DNA from: Candidatus Latescibacterota bacterium
GTDB taxonomy: Bacteria > JAAXHH01
Length of the DNA stretch: 46,753 nt
NCBI GenBank assembly: GCA_022821935.1
Contig: JAJECR010000192.1
Coordinates: 1-46,753 of the forward strand
Direction: 5' to 3'
Part shown: positions 1-7,274 of the stretch, piece by piece
Layout of the letters: each line of letters starts with the position of its first letter
How positions within the stretch are numbered: the stretch's first letter is position 1
Notes under the pieces: model-generated
Databases searched by the model: none
Told to the model about the DNA's origin: nothing
What the model saw: the letters and a program-made list of their open reading frames with translations, nothing else
Made by a program: the position numbers and the translations under genes

Positions 1-63
1 GGCGTTTCCATCCTTTTTACATAATCAGATCCGCCAACTTCCCGTTAAACCCGACAGAGCACC

Positions 64-1323
64 ATGTCCGTTCTCGGCCTGACCTGTACCCGTTGCGGTG
101 CCCAGTATCCCCTGGAACCGATGTTCTTCGGCTGTCCCGCCTGCGCGGACAAAGCAGGGGGCGCCGCCGCTGCTTTGACCGTGGCATACGACTACCGGGC
201 GATCGCGTCCGGTCTGAACGTGGAGGACTGGGGTCGCGCGGGTCACGGTATCTGGCGGTTCGATGCGCTGCTGCCCCTGCGGGACCCGGCGGCGCAGATC
301 TCCCTGGGCGAGGGGAACACGGCGCTGGTTCGGCCCCGGGCGGTGTGCGAAGCTACGGGTCTGTCGAACCTGTATATCAAGAACGAAACGACGAATCCCA
401 CCTGGGCCTTCAAGGACCGATTCCACGCCTCCTCGGTCTCTATGGCGAAATCCCTGGGCTACACCCGGGTCACGGCCAGTACAACGGGCAATCACGGCGC
501 CTCGGCCGCGGCCTACTGCACCGCCGCGGGGATGGATTCCTGCATCATCCTCTGCCACCCCGAATCATCGATGCTGCAGCGGGACATGATTGCCCTGTAC
601 GGCGGTCACGCCTTCGTACTGGAAGACCGCTTTCAGTACCTGGACACGTTGATCCGGGACCATGGATACTATCCTTCCACGACGATGACTCCCATGCCCA
701 CGGGTACGCCCTTCGGCATCGAAGGCTACAAGACCATCGCCTTCGAAATCTTCGTGCAGCTCGGCGGCAGCGTCCCCGATCGGATGTTCTGCCCCATCGC
801 CGCGGGCGATTCGCTGTACGGCCCGTGGAAGGGATTCAGCGAGATGCACGCGCTGAACCTGGTCGATCGGCATCCCGTCATGCACGGCGTGCAGCCGGCT
901 GGATGCAACCCCTATGTACAGTCGTTCCAGCAGGGACGCGCCGACGTAATCGTCCATCCCGATCCGAGTTCCATCGCGCTCTCCATTCGCGACGACACCG
1001 GCGGCCCCGCGGCGCTGCAGGCCATCTACGACTCCGGCGGAGACGCGACCGACGTCACCGAGGAAGAGATCATCGAGGCGGTGCGGTTGCTCGCGCAGAG
1101 CGGTTACCTGGTCGAACCCTCGTCGGCGGCATCGGTTGCCGGGGCGATCAGGGCGGCCCGGACGGGTCGGTTTGCTTCTGACGAGACGGTCGTGTGCCTG
1201 GTCACCGGATCGGGGTCCAAGTGGCCGGAAGTCATGTCTGAACTGGTAGATCGCGATGCACTTGTCGAGCCCTCCTGGGAAGAGATCAAGGCGCGAGCCG
1301 GCCTGGACGACGCGCCTCAATAA
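64..1323 (+). CDS. Threonine-synthase-family (fold-type II) PLP-dependent enzyme with N-terminal CxxC...CxxC zinc-ribbon-like motif
   Basis: 419-aa ORF. 'NPTWAFKDRF' matches the ThrC-type PLP-lysine motif (NPTxSFKDR). 'STTGNHGASAA' is the glycine-rich phosphate loop. N-terminus has CTRCG...GCPAC. Only 12 nt before the next same-strand gene. Confidence 0.8.
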   Translation: MSVLGLTCTRCGAQYPLEPMFFGCPACADKAGGAAAALTVAYDYRAIASGLNVEDWGRAGHGIWRFDALLPLRDPAAQISLGEGNTALVRPRAVCEATGLSNLYIKNETTNPTWAFKDRFHASSVSMAKSLGYTRVTASTTGNHGASAAAYCTAAGMDSCIILCHPESSMLQRDMIALYGGHAFVLEDRFQYLDTLIRDHGYYPSTTMTPMPTGTPFGIEGYKTIAFEIFVQLGGSVPDRMFCPIAAGDSLYGPWKGFSEMHALNLVDRHPVMHGVQPAGCNPYVQSFQQGRADVIVHPDPSSIALSIRDDTGGPAALQAIYDSGGDATDVTEEEIIEAVRLLAQSGYLVEPSSAASVAGAIRAARTGRFASDETVVCLVTGSGSKWPEVMSELVDRDALVEPSWEEIKARAGLDDAPQ

Positions 1324-1335
1324 AAAAGCAACGCA

Positions 1336-3939
1336 ATGACCACACCTCTCTACATGCTCGCCGACGACCTCGCCGGCGCTCACGACGTGGCGGTCCCCTT
1401 CGTGAAACGGGACTTCGCCGTAGCCGTGCTGTCCGATCCCGACCGGCTGGATCGGTTCGATACGGCGGACCTGATCGTGCTGAACACGAACAGCCGTTCC
1501 TGCGGCGAGGCTGAAGCCGCCGATCGCGTGGGGGCGGCCTGCGACGCGATACGGGCCCGGTCGGGCGCGTTGATCTACAAAAAGATCGACTCGACGCTCA
1601 GGGGACACGTGGGCTTCGAAATCGATCTTGTCAGCGACAGGATGGACTTCGATCTGGCCGTATGCGCTCCGGCTTTTCCTGAAATGGGACGCACGACGGT
1701 GGGCGGATATCAACTGCTTCACGGCGTTCCGGTACGGAGCGTGGACATGGCGGGTCCCGACATTCCGCCGCAACATGCCTACATCCCGGATCTTCTCGAC
1801 AATGGATCCCAAAGAAAGACGGTCCACATCGATTTGAAAACCGTCCAGGGCGGTTCGTCAGTCATTCGAGACGCAGTCGACTTGCTCGGGTCTGGTACCG
1901 AGACCACGGTAGTCGTGGACATGGTCGATCCAATGGGATGGAATGGGTTGCTGGACGCGGTCCTTGTCGGCCGTGAAGCGTACGCGGTTGAAGACCGTGA
2001 AGCGTACGCAGAAAGGCGATTACCAGAACACTGGACGGCCCCGGTGCTGCTTTGCGGCTCCGGTGGACTGGCCGGCGCCCTGGCGGAAAAGTTGGCGCTC
2101 ACGCGGAAACCGCGCGCCTTATCATCCCGGAATTCTCGGGCTCCCGCATCCTCGTCGCCACAGAGGGAAAACCGCGTCCTCGTCTTCGCCTGCAGTCTGC
2201 ACGACACGACCACCCGACAGGTCGCGGAAGTCGCAGGTCGAGCGTCGACAGTCATTTGCTCCTTCGATCCCCTGTTGTTCATGGAAGAGCGGCACCGCGG
2301 CGACGAAACGGATCGACTGACAAAAAGCGTCACGGAGGTCATGGCGAATGACCGGAACGCGGTTGTTACACCGAAGCGGCCAGGCCAGTCGCAACTTCAG
2401 GCATGGTTGGGGCGGCTTTCGGAGGCGGCCGGCGGCCGCGACCCCGCGTCGGTGGTCATTGAGAACCTGGGTGTAGTCGCCCGCCGCCTGTTCGCGGCAA
2501 CGGAACCGCGCGGCATCGTACTCACGGGAGGGGAAACCGCGGGCAGCGTATTCCACGAACTGGATAGTGACGGTGCCTGGATTCTCGACGGAATCGAACC
2601 GGGCGTAGCCCTGGCCGCGGTTGCGGGCGGTCCCCAGGATGGTATGGGCGCGGTCGTCAAACCCGGATCCTTCGGCGACGGGCACACCCTGGCGAAGGCT
2701 ATGGACCGCCTGGACCGCCTGAACCGCCCGGACCGCCCGGACCGCCCGGACCGCCCAGACCGCCTTGATCGCCCGAGCTACTCGGACCGCCCGGACCACC
2801 TGTCTCCGCACGACGCTGCTGTGCCGTCAAGCGAAAGTCGGACTCATGGAAACCACAGAGTTAGCGATACGGAAGAGCGCCCGGTCATCGGCATCACGCT
2901 GGGCGATCCGAACGGCGTGGGTCCGGAGATCATCGCCAGGATCCTTTCCCAGGGATGGGTCTACGAGCTGTGCCGGCCGCTGGTCATCGGGCATGATGAG
3001 GTAATCCGCCGTGCCTTGCCATTGGTCCATGCCGGCTCTACCAAAGACGAAGACGGTGGAGGGCCCGCTCCGGTCCCTGGCATCCACCGCGTCGACCATC
3101 CCGCAGCCGGCTGGTATCGCCACGGTACGGTGGACGTCCTGAACGCCGCGGACGTGGAAATGGGCGTACTGAAGCCAGGACGGGAGCAGGCCGAAGCCGG
3201 CCGGCTTGCCGTGGAATCGGTCAAGCTGGCCGCCCGCCTGGCGATGGCGGGTGATATCGCCGCCGTGGTTACCGCGCCGATGAACAAGGCGGCCATGGGT
3301 CTTGCGGGGTATGCCTACGCCGGCCACACCGAATTGCTGGCCGAATTAACGGGAACGAAGCGTTTCCGGCTTGCGCTGGCCTTCGACGGAGTCCTGGTCT
3401 CCCACGCGACGACCCACGTATCCCTCCGGGACGCCATTGAACGATTGTCCGAGGAGGAAATCCTCGTGACGATCGACCTGGTCGGTCGCGCGCTGATCGG
3501 CATGGGTACGGCGGCACCCCGGATCGCCGTCTGCGGACTGAATCCCCACGCCGGCGAAGGCGGGCTCTTCGGGGACGAGGAGATCCGGATCATCGCGCCC
3601 GCCCTCGAAAAAGCGCGTGAAACAGGATGGCGGCTCGTCGGCCCACTCCCGCCGGACACCGTGTTCATGCGAGCCCGAAAGGGCGAGTTCGACGGGATCG
3701 TCGGCATGTACCACGACCAGGGCCACATCCCGGTCAAGGCCATCGCCTTCGACCGCACCGTGAACGTGACCCTCGGCCTGCCGATCATCCGCACCTCCGT
3801 GGATCACGGCACGGCCTTCGACATCGCGGGCAGGGGCATTGCCGACGCCGGCAACCTGGGCGAGGCGATTCGGATGGCCGTGCATCTGGTGGGCGACCGG
3901 TGGTCCGTCGGACCCAACCCTGGAGAAAACGCGACGTGA
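1336..3939 (+). CDS. Fusion protein: DUF1537 four-carbon acid-sugar kinase (DtnK/OtnK-like) at the N-terminus, PdxA-family NAD-dependent dehydrogenase (PdxA/PdxA2-like) at the C-terminus
   Basis: 867-aa ORF. N-terminal part has 'LADDLAGAHD' (DUF1537 ADDFTGA motif), 'LTGGETAGSV' and 'KPGSFGD'. C-terminal part has 'IGITLGDPNGVGPEI', 'APMNKAA', 'AGHTELLAE', 'YHDQGHIPVK' and 'SVDHGTAFDIAGRGIAD', which are PdxA hallmarks. The domains are joined by a (DRP)n linker. Confidence 0.85.
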   Translation: MTTPLYMLADDLAGAHDVAVPFVKRDFAVAVLSDPDRLDRFDTADLIVLNTNSRSCGEAEAADRVGAACDAIRARSGALIYKKIDSTLRGHVGFEIDLVSDRMDFDLAVCAPAFPEMGRTTVGGYQLLHGVPVRSVDMAGPDIPPQHAYIPDLLDNGSQRKTVHIDLKTVQGGSSVIRDAVDLLGSGTETTVVVDMVDPMGWNGLLDAVLVGREAYAVEDREAYAERRLPEHWTAPVLLCGSGGLAGALAEKLALTRKPRALSSRNSRAPASSSPQRENRVLVFACSLHDTTTRQVAEVAGRASTVICSFDPLLFMEERHRGDETDRLTKSVTEVMANDRNAVVTPKRPGQSQLQAWLGRLSEAAGGRDPASVVIENLGVVARRLFAATEPRGIVLTGGETAGSVFHELDSDGAWILDGIEPGVALAAVAGGPQDGMGAVVKPGSFGDGHTLAKAMDRLDRLNRPDRPDRPDRPDRLDRPSYSDRPDHLSPHDAAVPSSESRTHGNHRVSDTEERPVIGITLGDPNGVGPEIIARILSQGWVYELCRPLVIGHDEVIRRALPLVHAGSTKDEDGGGPAPVPGIHRVDHPAAGWYRHGTVDVLNAADVEMGVLKPGREQAEAGRLAVESVKLAARLAMAGDIAAVVTAPMNKAAMGLAGYAYAGHTELLAELTGTKRFRLALAFDGVLVSHATTHVSLRDAIERLSEEEILVTIDLVGRALIGMGTAAPRIAVCGLNPHAGEGGLFGDEEIRIIAPALEKARETGWRLVGPLPPDTVFMRARKGEFDGIVGMYHDQGHIPVKAIAFDRTVNVTLGLPIIRTSVDHGTAFDIAGRGIADAGNLGEAIRMAVHLVGDRWSVGPNPGENAT
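1971..2018. repeat. 24-bp tandem duplication inside the kinase domain (15-bp perfect core CCGTGAAGCGTACGC x2)
   Basis: Core at 1971-1985 and 1995-2009. Encodes REAYAVED/REAYAERR. Confidence 0.85.
2704..2802. repeat. In-frame 9-bp minisatellite (GACCGCCYG)n encoding the interdomain linker DRLDRLNRPDRPDRPDRPDRLDRP-SYS-DRPDHL
   Basis: Eight contiguous 9-bp units at 2704-2775. A 9-bp interruption follows, then two more units up to 2802. Confidence 0.9.
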
Positions 3940-5636
3940 TGAAGGCAAAGCGGCGGTCAACATCGGATTTGTGCGTGTTTTCGGGTCTGGTAGCGCTGGG
4001 ATGCGTGTGCGTACTGATTGCCGTCGCAGGCCCGGCGGTTTCGCAGAACACCACCGCTGTATTCAATTCCATCGGCAAGCCGATGCCGCCCGATGCGGCG
4101 CCGCTCGAATTCCAGACCTACCGGTTCATGCGCGACGAACCCAGGAGCCTGGACGTCAGTGTCAATCTCTACGTGGGACAGTGGAACGAGTTCCTCTTCG
4201 AAACCCTGGTGGCCAAGGACGAGAACGGCGGCCTTATCCCGGCGGCGGCCGATCGCTGGGAGATCTCTTCCGACGGGAAGACCTGGACGTTCTACCTGCG
4301 CAAAACGGGGCGTTGGAGCGACGGCAGGCCCGTCACGGCCCACGACTTCGTCTACACCTTCCGCAGGTCCCTTTCCTACGAGACGGCCAATCCCTACGCG
4401 GCTTTCTACAGTGACATCGTCGGCGCGAAGACCTACAGCCAGACCCCGAACGCGGACCCCGCCATGCTGGGCGTCCGGGCCGTCGACGACCATACGCTGA
4501 CCATTGGGACCACTCATCCCGCCCCCTACCTGGGGTTGATCCTCTCCGTCCCCACGTCCATGCCGGTGCCCCGTTGGCAGGTGGAGAAACACGGCCCCAG
4601 GTGGACCGAGGAAGGGAACTGCGTGTCCAATTCGAGTTATCGGCTGACGGAGTGGCAGCACGGCAGCCACATGAATTTCGAACTCAATCCCCATTATGAC
4701 GGTCCCATCAAGGGCTATGTGGAAAAGATACACCGTGTCTTCCGCCATCCGTCGACGGCCAATCTGCTGCCCTACGAAAACGACGAAGTGGGTTTTGCCG
4801 AAGTACAGGCCAACGAGCTGATTCGCGTGCGACGCGATCCCGAACTGAGTTCCGAACTCGTTTCCAACCCGACCGACGGCACATGGTACATCTTCTTCGA
4901 TACGCGCGAGCCCCCCTTCAACGACGCCAGGGTACGGCGTGCCGTCGCGCGGGCCATCGACCGGGAGGCGATCTGCCGCGTCGTGCTGCACGGCGCGGCC
5001 GTTCCCGCTTATTCCATGCTGCCGGTCACCTTCGACGCCCACGGCGATTACAGGGCCTACCAGGATTTCGATCCCGGAAAGGCGCGGGAATTGCTGGCCG
5101 AGGCCGGTTATCCCGGAGGCCGGGGGGTTCCGACGATGGAGATGTGGCTCAGGCAGCCCCGGCCGGACATCCGGATGGTCGCGGAAGTGATCCAGGGAAT
5201 GCTCAGGGAGCACCTGGGCATCGGCATCACGTTCCGCAGCGCCGACTACCCGGTATTCACCAATTACATGTTCAACTGGAATATCAAACTGGGCCTGGTG
5301 CCCTTTTTCGGGGACTACCGGGATCCGAAGAACATGCTGGACATGATCTGGCGCCCCGGCAGCCGGGGGCGCAGCCGCCACGATTTTGAAAACGCCGAAT
5401 TCGAAGCCTTGCTGGACGCGGCGGACCAGGAAATAGATCCTGATGAGCGTACGGAGATCGTTCGCCGGGCCGAACGCATCCTGGTCGAGGAGGCCGGCGC
5501 CGCCTTCGTATTCCACCCTATGGCCAATCACCTCTTCAAACCATGGCTCAGAGGGCTCAAGACCAACCGGTTCGGCGGCAAGACCGTGATCTTCACGGAT
5601 CTCTATATCGGTGAGGATTTTCCCGAGGCGAGGTAG
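3939..5636 (+). CDS. ABC-transporter substrate-binding protein, family 5 (peptide/nickel/opine type), secreted or membrane-anchored
   Basis: The track ORF 3627-5636 overlaps the upstream gene. The in-frame ATG at 3939 shares one base with the upstream TGA (TGATG). It gives MKAKRRSTSDLCVFSGLVALGCVCVLIAVAG, a signal or anchor sequence. The body has typical family-5 SBP sequence and length (WSDGRPVTAHDFVYTF...). No permease or ATPase genes are adjacent. Confidence 0.85.
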   Translation: MKAKRRSTSDLCVFSGLVALGCVCVLIAVAGPAVSQNTTAVFNSIGKPMPPDAAPLEFQTYRFMRDEPRSLDVSVNLYVGQWNEFLFETLVAKDENGGLIPAAADRWEISSDGKTWTFYLRKTGRWSDGRPVTAHDFVYTFRRSLSYETANPYAAFYSDIVGAKTYSQTPNADPAMLGVRAVDDHTLTIGTTHPAPYLGLILSVPTSMPVPRWQVEKHGPRWTEEGNCVSNSSYRLTEWQHGSHMNFELNPHYDGPIKGYVEKIHRVFRHPSTANLLPYENDEVGFAEVQANELIRVRRDPELSSELVSNPTDGTWYIFFDTREPPFNDARVRRAVARAIDREAICRVVLHGAAVPAYSMLPVTFDAHGDYRAYQDFDPGKARELLAEAGYPGGRGVPTMEMWLRQPRPDIRMVAEVIQGMLREHLGIGITFRSADYPVFTNYMFNWNIKLGLVPFFGDYRDPKNMLDMIWRPGSRGRSRHDFENAEFEALLDAADQEIDPDERTEIVRRAERILVEEAGAAFVFHPMANHLFKPWLRGLKTNRFGGKTVIFTDLYIGEDFPEAR

Positions 5637-5698
5637 GACTTCGCAGTGGGGCGGAACCCCGCGTGCGGAATGACCACGCGGATACCCCCGCTACCGCT

Positions 5699-5788
5699 TT
5701 ACTTCTTCTTATGCCTGTCGGCCCGCAAGCGTTTCTTGCGCTTATGGGTAGCGATCTTGGAACGCTTGCGCTTCTTACCACTTGGCAC
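5699..5788 (-). CDS. 29-aa Lys/Arg-rich peptide, bS22/mS38(AURKAIP1)-like small ribosomal protein (not in the ORF track)
   Basis: GTG start, product MPSGKKRKRSKIATHKRKKRLRADRHKKK, TAA stop. GAGGAG lies 6 nt upstream of the GTG. It starts 17 nt downstream of the HU/IHF stop. 16 of 29 residues are K or R. The sequence matches the MPSGKKRKRxKxATHKRKKR pattern I recall for small ribosomal peptides of FCB-group bacteria. Confidence 0.6.
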   Translation of the reverse strand: MPSGKKRKRSKIATHKRKKRLRADRHKKK

Positions 5789-5805
5789 GTCTGTCTCCTC
5801 TTTGA

Positions 5806-6087
5806 TCAGTCTTGTTTCTGTACACGATCCTTCAGGTGATCGGACGGTTTGAAAACGGGCACGACGCACGGAGGTATCCTGATGCCCGTCCCCGTCTTGG
5901 GATTGCGGGCGACGCGTGCCTTTCTTTCCTTCACTTTGAATATGCCGAACCCGCGCAGTTCGATCTTTTCACCCCTGCCCAAAGCGGACGAGATGGAATC
6001 CAGCAACGCGTTCAGCACTTCCGCGGTATCCACCTTGGTCATTCCCGTGGACTGTGCGATTCGAGCCACGATATCGGCCTTAGTCAT
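5806..6087 (-). CDS. HU/IHF-family (DNABII) DNA-binding protein
   Basis: Starts MTKADIVARIA at the internal ATG (6087), preceded by AAGGAG. 'ELRGFGIFKVKERKARVARNPKTG..I.IP' is the DNABII arm motif. 93 aa. Confidence 0.9.
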   Translation of the reverse strand: MTKADIVARIAQSTGMTKVDTAEVLNALLDSISSALGRGEKIELRGFGIFKVKERKARVARNPKTGTGIRIPPCVVPVFKPSDHLKDRVQKQD

Positions 6088-6118
6088 ACCAATCTCCTTG
6101 ATCGTTGTTGTTGCCGCT

Positions 6119-6997
6119 TCAGCGATACCGGTATTCGACGATTCCGGGAGCATATAGACCGGTCATCGTCTCCATGTTCTCCATCAACATTTCGAAAAAC
6201 GACTTTGGCCGTTGCCGGACCACGTCGGGCTTTCCAGATAGGCCGGCCATTTTGCCTGCTAGGGCAATCGCGTCCTGATAGGTACCCAGGCGGTCCACGA
6301 GTCCCAGGGGCAGGGCCTGGTTTCCGGTGTAAATCCGCCCGTCCGCCAGAGCGACCACTTCTTCGCGGGAAAGCGGCCTATAACCGGCTACGGCTTCTAC
6401 AAACTGATCGTATACGTCGTCAACCACGGACTGCACTATCCCGAATTCCTCGTCGGTCATGCTACGGCTCATCGATCCTATGTCCTTGTGCCGGCCGCTT
6501 TTGACAACCTGCCAGTCAATGCCGATCTTCGCGAACAGATCTTCCGCGCTCGGCGCGACAGTGATCACACCGATGCTGCCTGTTATGGTACCCGGATTGG
6601 CCATGATGGAATCCGCCGCGCAGGCGATGTAATATCCACCAGACGCCGCGATACTGCCCATGGACGTCACGATGACTTTGCCCGCTTCCCGGGTCTTGCG
6701 CAGTTCATCGAAGATTTCTTGCGTGGGGGCTACGGCGCCGCCGGGGCTCTCGACGCGAAGCACGATGGCGCGTACGGAATCGTCCTCGCGGTACCTGATG
6801 ATCTGCTTGACCGTGTCCTCGGCCCGGGTGATCGGCCCCCTGACTTCGACCAGCGCGACCCGTCCGCCGCCCACGCCGGAAAATGAGTTTTCACTACTCA
6901 GCATGGGACCGGCAATCAGCAGCGCCATGACGACCACGATAACCAGCACTCCGCCACCGAGCAAGCCGCCGATTATCCAGTCTGATTTGCGTGCCAT
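6119..6997 (-). CDS. sppA: Signal peptide peptidase SppA, 36K type (S49 family)
   Basis: N-terminal TM helix, 'SPGGAV', 'SIAASGGYYIACAAD' (catalytic Ser region) and 'GSIGV'. Confidence 0.9.
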   Translation of the reverse strand: MARKSDWIIGGLLGGGVLVIVVVMALLIAGPMLSSENSFSGVGGGRVALVEVRGPITRAEDTVKQIIRYREDDSVRAIVLRVESPGGAVAPTQEIFDELRKTREAGKVIVTSMGSIAASGGYYIACAADSIMANPGTITGSIGVITVAPSAEDLFAKIGIDWQVVKSGRHKDIGSMSRSMTDEEFGIVQSVVDDVYDQFVEAVAGYRPLSREEVVALADGRIYTGNQALPLGLVDRLGTYQDAIALAGKMAGLSGKPDVVRQRPKSFFEMLMENMETMTGLYAPGIVEYRYR

Positions 6998-7274
6998 GAC
7001 AACGCTCCGCCAGCCGGTTTCAATAACGAAACCCGGTCAGTCGATGGGCTTCATTGGACATCATAACCCGCGACCAAAATATCACGTTAGTTTAAGTATG
7101 TCAATGACTTTTTGGAATTCGGAAGCAGGGAGAATAGCGTTGCGGCCGATTGTTTCGGGGTTCGGAAGAGGGAGAACTTCGAGGGACGGACGCGGTCTTC
7201 CTGAGAAGGGCAGACGCGGTCTTCCCGCGCGATTGTCGTTTCATGCGACAAACGTCGTCTCGCCGTCACCTCAT

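Noticed and set aside
2704-2802. Possible CRISPR array (considered here and at the repeats at 12559-12677 and 26244-26288)
   Set aside because: The units are 9-19 bp and directly abutting, with no unique spacers. One array is in-frame coding sequence. There are no cas genes in the window.
3627-3938. 104-codon N-terminal extension of the solute-binding-protein ORF
   Set aside because: It lies entirely inside the PdxA-domain coding sequence in another frame and is Arg/Pro/Gly-rich. The ATG at 3939 gives a proper signal or anchor sequence and a stop/start overlap.
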